From the NCBI GenBank assembly GCA_963697895.1, contig OY969100.1:768001-832000 (forward strand): 64,000 nt of DNA, given 5' to 3'. Of this stretch, positions 21,271 through 31,258 are shown piece after piece; the first letter of the stretch is position 1; every line of letters begins with the position of its first letter. The DNA is from an uncultured Methanomicrobiales archaeon (GTDB lineage: Archaea > Halobacteriota > Methanomicrobia > Methanomicrobiales > Methanospirillaceae). The notes under the pieces were generated by a model. The model was not told the DNA's origin. It made no database searches and worked only from the letters and a program-made list of their open reading frames with translations. The position numbers and the translations under genes are program-made.

Positions 21271-21682
21271 AAACCGCTTCCTCCGGGGTACGAGAGATCG
21301 ATACCCCGGGAATATCCCAGCTCCGGTATCCGCATACCGTACGCCCTATCTTTAACGCGATTGCAATTTCACTCAGAGTGCCGTAGGATCCCCCGATTGC
21401 GACGATCGCATCGGATGATTGTACAAGAACCGCATTCCGGGCATAACCGAGTCCGGTCCGGATTACCAGATCGATGTAGGGGTTTCCTTCCCCGGTGTGC
21501 GGAATGATCCCGACCGTCCTTCCCGACCGGACCTTTGCACCCCTGCAGGCGGCTTCCATCACCCCGGACAATCCGCCGCAGAGGAGTACGCCCTCTTGTT
21601 CCGCTATTAACTCTCCTGCCATCATCGCCGCAGCGTATTCCTCCGGCGTACAGTCACCCGGTCCTATCACCCCGATCTGCAT
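21200..21682 (-). CDS. TIGR00725/LOG-like Rossmann-fold protein
   Basis: CGGLSGVMEAACRGA, ARN, GGSYGTLSEIAIAL. Confidence 0.85.
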   Translation of the reverse strand: MQIGVIGPGDCTPEEYAAAMMAGELIAEQEGVLLCGGLSGVMEAACRGAKVRSGRTVGIIPHTGEGNPYIDLVIRTGLGYARNAVLVQSSDAIVAIGGSYGTLSEIAIALKIGRTVCGYRSWDIPGVSISRTPEEAVSMAVSSARRFLSDRTRRVGRGQS

Positions 21683-21822
21683 AAGGATTCCCTTTGACAC
21701 TGGAGATATAATCGTTCCGGCATGGATCTCAGACCCGCAAACTACTTTGTGCCTGCAGGATAATAGTTGTGGAATCACGCTCATCACGGTTTTTTGGCCG
21801 GGAGCGCCCCCGGGGGATTAGG

Positions 21823-24800
21823 GTGAAGGAAGTCACCAGCAGCTATAACGCACGCGAGATAGAGGACGCAGTACAGCAGTACTGGAGTACGGAACGTGTA
21901 TATGAACAGGTGAAGGATCTCCATAGGGACGATCCACCGTTTTTCTTTGTGGATGGTCCGCCATACACCACCGGACATATCCACCTCGGCACCGCGTGGA
22001 ACAAGATAATCAAGGATAGTGTGCTCCGGTTCAAGCGGATGTGCGGGAATAATGTGATTGCCCGGGCCGGGTATGACATGCACGGACTGCCAATAGAGGT
22101 CAGGGTCGAGCAACAACTCGGGTTTTCCTCAAAGAAGGACATCGAGAAGTACGGAATCGAGGAGTTTATTGCGGAATGCCGTTCATTTGCCGCACGGAAT
22201 AAGGATGTGATGAGTGAGCAGTTCAAACGCCTCGGCGTCTGGCTCGATTTCGATGATCCCTACCAGACGATGCAGCCTGAGTACATCGAGTCAGCATGGT
22301 GGACGATAAAGCAGGCTGACGACCGCGGCATGCTGGAGAGAGGATACCGTGTAGTGAACTGGTGCCCCCGCTGTGCAACCGCGATTGCCGACGCAGAGGT
22401 CGAGTATTGGGATGAACGGGATCCCTCCATCTTTGTAAAGTTCCCCGTCGATGAGAAGCCGGGTGAATTCCTCGTTATCTGGACCACCACTCCCTGGACA
22501 TTGCCGGCCAATGTCGCAGTCGCGGTGCACCCCTCTCTTACCTACGCCCGTGTACAGGCGGAAAAGGACGGCCGGAATGAGATTCTCTGGATCGCAGAAC
22601 CCCTTGTCGAGCCAGTGCTCCGCCGGGGCCGTTACCAGCATTTCACGATCTTGGAGAAGAGACCGGGCATAGATCTGGTCGGGCTGACCTACCACTCACC
22701 GCTTCGCCACCGGATCCCGCTGCAGGATGAGATCGAACACCGGGTAGTGACTGCAGACTTTGTCACCGTTGAAAATACCGGCCTTGTTCATATCGCACCG
22801 GGGCATGGCTGGGATGACTATCTCCTCGGTTGCCGTGAAGGGCTGCCGATCGTCTGTCCGGTGGATACGACTGGTTGTTTCACTGATGAAGGGGGATTTC
22901 TCGCATGCATGTACGTTAAGGATGCAAATCAACCGGTCCTGGACGAACTGGGTGAGCATCTTATGGCGGAAGAGACCGTGATCCATCGGTACGGACATTG
23001 CTGGCGATGCAAGACACCGATCATATTCCGAGCAACAGAGCAATGGTTTCTCAAGGCGACGGAGATTCGCGAGCGGATGCTTGAGGAAGTGAAGGAAGTC
23101 ACATGGTTTCCGGAATGGGCAGGGAGCGCCCGTTTTTACGACTGGATCAAAGATGCCCGTGACTGGTGCATTTCCCGTCAACGGTTCTGGGGGATTCCCA
23201 TCCCAATCTGGCAATGCGATTCCTGCCCGAATACACGGATAATCGGAACCATACAGGAACTCGAGGGGCTTATCGGCACTTCGATACCGGATCTCCACAG
23301 GCCATACGTAGACCGGGTGACGATCCCTTGTTCCTGTGGGGGTACCATGCACCGGGTCGAGGATATCTTCGATGTCTGGTTCGATTCAGCGGTGGCATCC
23401 TGGGCGACGCTCCGCTTTCCGGGGCAGACCAAAGCGTTTTCCGAGCTATGGCCTGCAGATTTCATTACAGAGGGCCAGGATCAGACTCGGGGGTGGTTCT
23501 ATTCCCAACTCGGTGCAAGCACGATCGCCTTCAACCGGGCCCCGTACAGGAATGTGCTGATGCATGGGTTTGCCCTGGATGCAGAAGGCCGGAAGATGAG
23601 CAAGAGCCTCGGAAACGTGGTCACGCCGGAAGAGGTGTGCATAAAGGCCGGGGTTGATGTCCTCAGACTCTATGTACTCTCCCAGAGCGCTCCCTGGGAC
23701 GACCTGAAATTCAACTGGGAGGGGATTCGGACGACCAGCCGCGCCATTAACATCTTCTGGAATGTATACCGTTTCCCTCTCCCGTATATGATCCTGGATG
23801 GATTTACCCCTGCTGACGCTGCTCCATGGGATGGGGAGTATATAAGGGAGCATATCAGCGGAATGCCACCCGAAGACCGCTGGATTATCTCACGGGTCAA
23901 TTCCCTTTCCATGGAGGTAGAGGCTGCGATGCATGACTGCGAGTTGCACCATGCCACCCGTGCTTTGATTCGTTTTATCCTGGAAGATCTTTCCCGATGG
24001 TACGTCCAGCTGGTACGGCCCCGGATGTGGCTGGAAGGTGAATCAGAAGAGAAAAAATTCGCCTACGAAACCATGTATTACGTCATGAGAGGCCTCGTCC
24101 AGCTTCTTGCACCGTTTGTCCCGCACATCACGGAAGAGATATACCGGAACCTGCGACTAACGGGTGATCCTGGGAGTGTCCATATGCTCCCGAATATGGG
24201 CTCTGAAAGTCTCCTTATCGATCAGAACCTCGAATCTGATATGGAGATCGCGCGGGCATTCGACGACGCCCAGGCAAATGCGCGACAGGCAGGGAAGAGG
24301 AAGCTCCGATGGCCGATCGGGAACTGCGTCGTGGTTACCCGTTCGTCCCATATCCGGGACGCCCTCCGCCGACTGAACATCATCTGCAGAGACCGGGCAA
24401 ATGCATGTGAGGTTCAGGTCCAAGACACCGCATGGGACCGTATCGGATGGCAGGCCGAGCCGGTCATGAAGGTACTCGGACCCGCATTCGGACGGGATGC
24501 TCCCCGGGTCCGGGAACTAATCATAAAGAGTGACCCCTTTATCCTGAAACAGGCACTTGATGCCGGAAAGACCGTGACCCTGGGAGACGCAAACGTGCGT
24601 TATGAGATAACCGCAGAACATGTCAGTTTCCAGGAACGGTTACCCGAGGATGTATTTTCGGCCCCGATGGAAGGTGCAACGGTCTATGTGGATATCGCAC
24701 TCACCCCGGAACTGGAGGCGGAGGGATATGCGAGGGAGATCATCAGAAGACTGCAGGAGATGAGACGAATGCTGGATCTCAATGTCGATGATTTCATCAG

Positions 24801-25008
24801 GGTTACAATCGTGATCTCTGACACCCGGATAGGAGACCTTGTGAGGGATCAATGGATGCTGGGGATACAGGATGAGGTCAGGGCCCGTGAATTAACCATT
24901 TATTCGGATTCGGATCGGATTGTTTCCGGAGATCACGAACTGGTGAAAAACTGGGAAATTGAAGGAATTCCAATCGGGATCGCCATTTCAAAAGCTTCCG
25001 ATCAGTGA
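21823..25008 (+). CDS. ileS: Isoleucyl-tRNA synthetase
   Basis: DGPPY...HLGT, WTTTPWT, DWCISRQR, EGQDQTRGW, KMSKS; probable GTG start 21823. Confidence 0.97.
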   Translation: MKEVTSSYNAREIEDAVQQYWSTERVYEQVKDLHRDDPPFFFVDGPPYTTGHIHLGTAWNKIIKDSVLRFKRMCGNNVIARAGYDMHGLPIEVRVEQQLGFSSKKDIEKYGIEEFIAECRSFAARNKDVMSEQFKRLGVWLDFDDPYQTMQPEYIESAWWTIKQADDRGMLERGYRVVNWCPRCATAIADAEVEYWDERDPSIFVKFPVDEKPGEFLVIWTTTPWTLPANVAVAVHPSLTYARVQAEKDGRNEILWIAEPLVEPVLRRGRYQHFTILEKRPGIDLVGLTYHSPLRHRIPLQDEIEHRVVTADFVTVENTGLVHIAPGHGWDDYLLGCREGLPIVCPVDTTGCFTDEGGFLACMYVKDANQPVLDELGEHLMAEETVIHRYGHCWRCKTPIIFRATEQWFLKATEIRERMLEEVKEVTWFPEWAGSARFYDWIKDARDWCISRQRFWGIPIPIWQCDSCPNTRIIGTIQELEGLIGTSIPDLHRPYVDRVTIPCSCGGTMHRVEDIFDVWFDSAVASWATLRFPGQTKAFSELWPADFITEGQDQTRGWFYSQLGASTIAFNRAPYRNVLMHGFALDAEGRKMSKSLGNVVTPEEVCIKAGVDVLRLYVLSQSAPWDDLKFNWEGIRTTSRAINIFWNVYRFPLPYMILDGFTPADAAPWDGEYIREHISGMPPEDRWIISRVNSLSMEVEAAMHDCELHHATRALIRFILEDLSRWYVQLVRPRMWLEGESEEKKFAYETMYYVMRGLVQLLAPFVPHITEEIYRNLRLTGDPGSVHMLPNMGSESLLIDQNLESDMEIARAFDDAQANARQAGKRKLRWPIGNCVVVTRSSHIRDALRRLNIICRDRANACEVQVQDTAWDRIGWQAEPVMKVLGPAFGRDAPRVRELIIKSDPFILKQALDAGKTVTLGDANVRYEITAEHVSFQERLPEDVFSAPMEGATVYVDIALTPELEAEGYAREIIRRLQEMRRMLDLNVDDFIRVTIVISDTRIGDLVRDQWMLGIQDEVRARELTIYSDSDRIVSGDHELVKNWEIEGIPIGIAISKASDQ

Positions 25009-25719
25009 GGAGATAAACAGCTTTCCTTCCGGTGAACCGAAGACCGGAATTTCCCGGTCGGAGACGACCACCGAGCGGGCGGTCTCCACCTCTTCCTGCC
25101 TGCGAGGGTTGTATCCCAGAACCGGGAAGGATTTTTTATAAATCATTACACCCCGACGCTGCCAGGAGGGTGTCTCTGCCAGGTTGATCCCGCGGGAGAA
25201 CATCATTTCATGAAGTTTTCGGGATGATACCCCTTTGAGTGCGGATGCTGCCTCCGGAGCGGTCATCCCCTCAACTATGAGGGCATGCTGGCAATATGCA
25301 TTCAGATGGTTCCGCCATGCCTCACTCTGCCGGTTGACCAGATATTCCTGGACAAGCGCAGGGGTCATCTGTACGATACGGGCATCAAATGAGACCGGCG
25401 AATCCGCTTTCAATTCCAATGTAAGGGCACTCGAGGCAAACGAAGCAGAAACTGAATCGATCTTCTCGACCCGTCCACCGAACGGCAGGTTCGTCATATA
25501 CAGACTGATCTCATCTGAAAATGTATATGCGAATTCAGGGTTGAGCCCGCTCTCCGCCGTAAGCCGGCGACATACTGCTTCCATCGCCTCACTGAACCGG
25601 AGATCGAATGGCTTTTCCAGAGCAATCCGTTCTACAAGACTGTGAAACGCCCGTCCATCGAGACGGAGAAAAATAGGTGGAACCGTAAGGAGATTGCTGA
25701 ACAATTCGCGGTGCTTCAT
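24988..25719 (-). CDS. thg1: tRNA(His) guanylyltransferase Thg1-like protein
   Basis: RLDGRAFH, YTFSDEIS, FDAR, RQ..WRN motifs. Confidence 0.92.
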   Translation of the reverse strand: MKHRELFSNLLTVPPIFLRLDGRAFHSLVERIALEKPFDLRFSEAMEAVCRRLTAESGLNPEFAYTFSDEISLYMTNLPFGGRVEKIDSVSASFASSALTLELKADSPVSFDARIVQMTPALVQEYLVNRQSEAWRNHLNAYCQHALIVEGMTAPEAASALKGVSSRKLHEMMFSRGINLAETPSWQRRGVMIYKKSFPVLGYNPRRQEEVETARSVVVSDREIPVFGSPEGKLFISSLIGSF

Positions 25720-25789
25720 GGAAGGATCCGGTTGTCCGGAATTGTTTCTCGTGAGCTGGTCGTCGTATGTGATATCATAAACTCAATTA

Positions 25790-26053
25790 TTATTCGTCAA
25801 AATTTCCCGTTTTAAACGCACCGGGGAGGTGTCGTATAAGGACGATGTCCCCGACACTCCGGATAATCCTGAAAGGTACCTTCAGACCCTTAAAATTCTT
25901 AATATCTATAAGCTGTGGGTTTAATTTCCCGACTACCAGTGATTCCATCTTTTTGCCTTCCACATCGATGAGCACATCCTCAACTTCTCCCACAAATACA
26001 CTCTTCTCTGTGTAGATATTCAGGCCAAACAGTTCAGTAATCTGCGTTCTCAT
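25790..26053 (-). CDS. PRC-barrel domain protein (possible CdpB-like cell division factor)
   Basis: IYTEKSVFVGEVEDVLID...VPF..IRSVGDIVLI. Confidence 0.85.
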   Translation of the reverse strand: MRTQITELFGLNIYTEKSVFVGEVEDVLIDVEGKKMESLVVGKLNPQLIDIKNFKGLKVPFRIIRSVGDIVLIRHLPGAFKTGNFDE

Positions 26054-26102
26054 CCTAATCACTGAAGGTATATACTATAATGGTTAAAAAGATACTCCTT
26101 TT

Positions 26103-27236
26103 ATGAACGGTTCTTTGAGGATTGGATCGATATTCCATATTCCCATTTTGATTCACTGGTCATTTCTTGTCATTATCCCTCTCTTCGCATGGATCATCGG
26201 GACAGCGATCGTTCTGACCACCGATCTGATTTCATCATTGTACAGGATACCTATAGATACATCAGTTATCACCGCCGGGTATATGCCGTATATTCTCGGA
26301 ACGGTCGTTGCCATCGGCCTCTTCATCGGTGTGCTGATTCATGAATTGTCTCATTCTTATTATGCCATGAAACACGGCATCAAGATCAACAGCATAACCC
26401 TCCTCTTCTTCGGCGGGATATCGTCCATGGAAGAAGGCACCCCGGAACCGAATGTAGAACTCCTGATGGCTGCGGTCGGGCCCCTGGCCAGTCTCGCGGT
26501 TGGTCTTGTCTGTGTCCCCCTGGTATATGCAAGCCAGTATGTTATCGCCGATCCCGGCATGGAAGGAGTATTTGTTTTTATCTTCGGATATCTGGGCCTG
26601 CTCAACATCCTTCTCTTTGGCTTTAATCTTATCCCCGCTTTCCCTATGGATGGCGGCCGTGTCCTCCGGGCCTGGCTGGCACGAACAATGCCCCTCCCGC
26701 GGGCAACCCAGATCGCGGCCAACGTGGGAAAGGTATTTGCGGTGATATTTGGAATTGTCGGGATCGTTTTCCTGAATTTTATCCTGATCATTATTGCACT
26801 CTTCATATATCTCGGCGCCAGCCAGGAATCGACCGCAGTAAAATACAGTTTTCTGCTGAAAGACGTGAAAGTTCGGGATATAATGAGCGGATCGGTTATG
26901 ACCCTGCCCCCGACAATGCCTGTCCGGGACATGATCCAGCATATGTACACCACCAAACATCTGGGATTCCCGGTTGTGGAGAACGGGGTGCTGATCGGAA
27001 TGGTCACCCTTAACGATGTTCACCGCGTCCCGCAACTTGACCGTGAGGCAATGCAGGTCAAGGACATCATGAGCCGGAATGTCATTGCCCTTCCTCCCGA
27101 TGCTCCGGTCATAGACGCACTGAGGATCATGTCGACTCGGGATATTGGTCGTGTTCCGATCCTGGATAACAGTCAGCTGGTGGGAATTGTAACCCGCAAT
27201 GATATTATGAAGGTAATGGAACTCCGTGAAGCCTAA
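26103..27236 (+). CDS. Site-2 protease (M50) with C-terminal CBS pair
   Basis: HELSH, FNLIPAFPMDGGR, two CBS domains. Confidence 0.93.
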   Translation: MNGSLRIGSIFHIPILIHWSFLVIIPLFAWIIGTAIVLTTDLISSLYRIPIDTSVITAGYMPYILGTVVAIGLFIGVLIHELSHSYYAMKHGIKINSITLLFFGGISSMEEGTPEPNVELLMAAVGPLASLAVGLVCVPLVYASQYVIADPGMEGVFVFIFGYLGLLNILLFGFNLIPAFPMDGGRVLRAWLARTMPLPRATQIAANVGKVFAVIFGIVGIVFLNFILIIIALFIYLGASQESTAVKYSFLLKDVKVRDIMSGSVMTLPPTMPVRDMIQHMYTTKHLGFPVVENGVLIGMVTLNDVHRVPQLDREAMQVKDIMSRNVIALPPDAPVIDALRIMSTRDIGRVPILDNSQLVGIVTRNDIMKVMELREA

Positions 27237-28876
27237 ATTCGGATAAGGTGATCGATAGGGGTGGTACCGGCAGTCGCATTAAAGTCTTCCATGGATGAAA
27301 ATGGCCTTTTTGCGACGATCATCCCTGCTTTTTTCTTCCCGATCCCGGGGATCCAGCGCAATCCGCTCATGGGAATATGGTTGATATCCAACGGAACCGG
27401 CAGGCAGGTGACGGATCGGGCCCCATTTGCAATAACAACCGCATCCAACACAGAACGGATCGGGAGGTCAAGAGGAATTCCCACAAGGATCGGATAGGAT
27501 CCCATCTGTCTTCCGAAGGAAACGGTATCCCGCTTTTCGATGATGACATCCCGCAGGACGGTTCCCACGGGAAACACCTCCCTGAGCATCGGAGTATCGA
27601 TGGTTCGGCGCACGAACTCCTTAAAGGATCGGAAACGCGCATCGTGCCTGCCCAGAGTATTCAGAGAATATGCTTTAGTTCCTTCAAAAGGCATCAACTG
27701 CCGTATGTTTATCCTCCGGAGGAGGAGACCACTCGAACGGACCGAAGCAAGAAACTGCTCATTCAGATTAAATGTCTGCAATGTTTCTCCCGGAAGCCCT
27801 ATTACAAAATTCAGGCCGGGCAGCAACTCGGGGATTCCCGACCGGCGTACACCGCCGACCTCGTTGATAATCCGGATCGCAGACATGACCTCTTCGGGAC
27901 TTGCCTTCAGATTATTCCGTGAAATAACGGCTGGGTCCGCCGTTTCCATCCCGCATGCCGCAACATCGCCCGGGGTATGCCCTTCGATGATCGCCTGCAG
28001 TGCCGCTCGCGCCGATTCTTCATGGTGTGCTATTGTACCGGGGTTGACATTGTCGATGTGCAGCGTAAGCAGCCCGGGAGCTTCTTGTCTGATTATATGG
28101 AACAGATCCTCGATATGGTCCGGACGTGGTGCGGGGAACTCGCCGTGTGCGGCACCGTATACCAGAATATCCGGCTGTCTCCCCAGCCGGAAGTGCCGGG
28201 CACCCGCCGCATATAGCGCCGCGATCTCGTCCCCGATTCCTTCAATCGAACGGTACTTTGGAGGCCCGTAGAAGGGTTCAGTACAAAACGAGCACCCGCC
28301 GCTTATAAACCGCGTGCATCCACGACCGGTCTCGAGTTCGCACATCACGTAGGGAAACGAAGGGTGCTGTGCGACAACGAAACTCCCTGCGACAGCCCAC
28401 CGGTCATTCTGTGCATAATCCAGCACACCTCGTGGGTTCCGTCCCTGGAGCAGTGCATCGAGTGCCTCGGCAGCCGAACCCTCGAGAAAATGATCGAATC
28501 CCGAAATCGCCTGCTTTATTGCCTTCGTTCCTCCTTCGGGTGCATAACCGAATCCAATAGGGCCCCCTATGACACGCCTCGTACCCCTGAGCATGCCCCC
28601 GATCTGCTGCAGCTCGGTGAGCGTAACCGGGGATCCGCCCAGGTACTTTCCGGGAACGGTAACGCCGGCGATAACGATGACCAACTCAGCCTTTGAGATG
28701 GCTCTCAGAAGCTTCGGATCAATCCTGATCTGATCGATTGTCACGTATTGTGCGGCATACCCGTGCTCTGCGAGTACACCCGCAACAGTACGAATATACG
28801 GGGAGAGATAAGGGGGAACCCCGAGGCACGCGGGCTCATCCACGTATCCGTCCAGAATTACGGCATCAGCACTCAT
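27233..28876 (-). CDS. Uncharacterised radical SAM protein with C-terminal helix-hairpin-helix
   Basis: ETGRGCTRFISGGCSFC (CX7CX2C), GLPGET, IPGIGKKKA. Confidence 0.85.
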   Translation of the reverse strand: MSADAVILDGYVDEPACLGVPPYLSPYIRTVAGVLAEHGYAAQYVTIDQIRIDPKLLRAISKAELVIVIAGVTVPGKYLGGSPVTLTELQQIGGMLRGTRRVIGGPIGFGYAPEGGTKAIKQAISGFDHFLEGSAAEALDALLQGRNPRGVLDYAQNDRWAVAGSFVVAQHPSFPYVMCELETGRGCTRFISGGCSFCTEPFYGPPKYRSIEGIGDEIAALYAAGARHFRLGRQPDILVYGAAHGEFPAPRPDHIEDLFHIIRQEAPGLLTLHIDNVNPGTIAHHEESARAALQAIIEGHTPGDVAACGMETADPAVISRNNLKASPEEVMSAIRIINEVGGVRRSGIPELLPGLNFVIGLPGETLQTFNLNEQFLASVRSSGLLLRRINIRQLMPFEGTKAYSLNTLGRHDARFRSFKEFVRRTIDTPMLREVFPVGTVLRDVIIEKRDTVSFGRQMGSYPILVGIPLDLPIRSVLDAVVIANGARSVTCLPVPLDINHIPMSGLRWIPGIGKKKAGMIVAKRPFSSMEDFNATAGTTPIDHLIRI

Positions 28877-29486
28877 ATCCGATAACCGCGAGAAGTCGTC
28901 GAGCCCAGTATAGCTTTCCCCGTTTTACCGGGTCCACATCCTGATCATCCAGATCGAAACCGATGATCCGGATCCGTTCCGCACCGAGCGCTTGGGCCGC
29001 AAATACGGCCCGATCTCCGTCCGTAAACCCGCCATAATTGTGGACTCCGTTAAAAGGGACACTCTGCGTGGTCGCGACAACAGGGCCTTCAAAACGGGGT
29101 ACCCAATAGCGAAGCAGCGGGATATTATCCCCATGGGCATGGACGACCATGACAGTGCCCTTTCGGTTCAGTTCCGGAAAGGTATCGGTTGCCCCGTCGA
29201 GGTCCGTAAAGACCGCATCAGGCCTGATCCCCTCTGATACAAGCACCTCTGTTGCTGCATCCGCAGCAAAGATATTTCCTGATACCATGTTCGTTTCCCG
29301 ACGAAGACAAGGGGCATTCCCACATACCGTCACAGTCTTCCCTTTGCAGAGGGAAACGAGGACAGGTAATCCGTCGAAGGGCAGGAGGGAGGCGAGCAGG
29401 CATGCTGCCTCTTCATCCCTTTTTCGATCGAACGAGAAATATTCGCAAATTTCCTGATAATAGGGTTCCCAATCCTCAAATCTCAT
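28866..29486 (-). CDS. mptE: 6-hydroxymethyl-7,8-dihydropterin pyrophosphokinase (DUF115)
   Basis: AADAA, TDLDG, HAHGDN, GGFTDGDRA, GFD. Confidence 0.85.
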   Translation of the reverse strand: MRFEDWEPYYQEICEYFSFDRKRDEEAACLLASLLPFDGLPVLVSLCKGKTVTVCGNAPCLRRETNMVSGNIFAADAATEVLVSEGIRPDAVFTDLDGATDTFPELNRKGTVMVVHAHGDNIPLLRYWVPRFEGPVVATTQSVPFNGVHNYGGFTDGDRAVFAAQALGAERIRIIGFDLDDQDVDPVKRGKLYWARRLLAVIGYEC

Positions 29487-30942
29487 TTTTATCCTCATTT
29501 TCGAGGCCGACGATGCTGATAAATTTCTTCAGGATCGGTTCGATGACTAGATTCAGGAGTTCTTCCTTGTTCTTGACCCTCCTGAAATAAGAGAGGGGTA
29601 TTGTAGCCGCAGCCATATTCGGGTGACCCCCCGCATCCCCGATGTCCCCAAAGGATTCTTCCAGAACGTTCCCGATATGGAGGCGAATATCTCGATTCCT
29701 TGCAGAAATGATGATTGCATCGTCAGATATACCATATACCAGTGCGGTATTCACCCCTTCGAGATTTATGAGGAGATCTGCAGCCTGAGGAAGGGTGTCA
29801 CGGTTTCTCACGTAACCGATATTGGAGAAGAGATATCCGCTACGGATCCTCCTGTTTCTGATCGCATTCCCGAGCACGTCCAGGGTCTCCTGGGAGAGGG
29901 AGGGGGACATGATCTTGTCAAGGAGATCTGCATCAGTAAGCGGGAGAAGGAAAGCAGCATAATTCAGATCCTGAGAAGTCACATTTCTCCTGAATTCCCG
30001 GGTATCAGAACGGATCCCATAAAGGAGCCCTGTTGCCACGTTCCGATCGATTGTCATATCCAGTTCCTGCATATACTGTGTCAGTATACTCGCAGTCGCA
30101 CCGAGCCCGGGACGAATATCCACGAAACTGGTCCCTGATTCCAGGTTGGAACCGTCACGGTGATGATCGATTACGATATGAACCCGGGTTCGCGGGCTGA
30201 GGGCGTTGTTCATACCCGGAGCGGAACAATCCACCAGGGCGAGATAATTACATTCTTGGAGAAGCTGAGGGGTCAGCCGCTCCATTTTGATCTCAAGAAG
30301 ATTCACCATTGTCCGGTTCTCCTGGTGACCGATGATACCATCATAGAAAATCCGGCATATCAGTTTACCAGGGTTCGCGTTCCGGGCAATCGCGACGAGG
30401 GCCATCGCACTGGAGATTGCATCCGGGTCCGGATTGTTGTGGGTAATTACACCGAGGGTTCCTTCTATACCCGCCAGAAGAGTGAAGAGTCGTTGTGAAA
30501 GCTTATTGGCATGAATCTTATTGATCTGAAGGATCGCTGCCTTTGCCATCACCTGCGGGGGATATAACACATATTCGGCACCTGCGGACTCCAGAACGCC
30601 GGCACTTATCGGATCTATCGCCCGTGCGACAACATGGGTCTCCGGATGGTGCTGTTTGATAATTCTGAGGGCATTCAAATTGGCATCATGATCCCTGGTG
30701 AGAATAAAAGCGATTTCAAAGGATGGAAGCCGCTGGAGAAGTCCCTGATCCGTGAGATCCCGGACAATTGCATCATAATTCTGATCCCGAAGTTCTTTGA
30801 CCCGGTCTTCGTCCCGGTCAATCACGATGACCGGCCCGTTCTCCTTGGCAAGTTCCTGCAGAATGTTGTAGCCGACACTTCCGCACCCGAAGATAGCATA
30901 TTTAACCCGTTCCGACTGTTCTTTCTGGGCTGACTCAGGCAT
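29476..30942 (-). CDS. TrkA-N (RCK) domain plus DHH/DHHA1 phosphoesterase
   Basis: GCGSVG Rossmann motif; HNNPDPD, IDHH, AGGH. Confidence 0.9.
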   Translation of the reverse strand: MPESAQKEQSERVKYAIFGCGSVGYNILQELAKENGPVIVIDRDEDRVKELRDQNYDAIVRDLTDQGLLQRLPSFEIAFILTRDHDANLNALRIIKQHHPETHVVARAIDPISAGVLESAGAEYVLYPPQVMAKAAILQINKIHANKLSQRLFTLLAGIEGTLGVITHNNPDPDAISSAMALVAIARNANPGKLICRIFYDGIIGHQENRTMVNLLEIKMERLTPQLLQECNYLALVDCSAPGMNNALSPRTRVHIVIDHHRDGSNLESGTSFVDIRPGLGATASILTQYMQELDMTIDRNVATGLLYGIRSDTREFRRNVTSQDLNYAAFLLPLTDADLLDKIMSPSLSQETLDVLGNAIRNRRIRSGYLFSNIGYVRNRDTLPQAADLLINLEGVNTALVYGISDDAIIISARNRDIRLHIGNVLEESFGDIGDAGGHPNMAAATIPLSYFRRVKNKEELLNLVIEPILKKFISIVGLENEDKNEI

Positions 30943-31021
30943 ATAGGGAATGGTGCAACGCGGCAGGATATTAAGGTTGTTTACACGAGTACGGGACGAA
31001 AATGATGAAAAACCGGGGATT

Positions 31022-31040
31022 TCGAAAGGTTTATTTCTCT
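31022..31040 (+). promoter_or_regulatory. BRE/TATA promoter for tRNA-Lys
   Basis: CGAAAGGTTTATTT about 35-45 nt upstream of the tRNA. Confidence 0.55.
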
Positions 31041-31070
31041 CTGTGTACCATTTATCTGGGTCAGTTTAGC

Positions 31071-31144
31071 GGGCTTGTAGCTTAGTTCGGTAGAGCGACG
31101 GACTCTTAATCCGTAGGTCAAGGGTTCAAATCCCTTCAGGCCCG
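31071..31144 (+). tRNA. tRNA-Lys(CTT), no intron, CCA not encoded
   Basis: Acceptor GGGCTTG/CAGGCCC; anticodon arm ACGGA-CTCTTAA-TCCGT; T arm GGTTCAAATCC. Confidence 0.95.
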
Positions 31145-31258
31145 TTCGATCTTTCATTTTCGTTTTCCTATTCCACTGGTACCGGCGAAGAAGGATCTCC
31201 CGACTTTTTCTTTGCTCTGGACGATAACCAAATCAGGGAATAAGCCCCGGGGTTTCCC

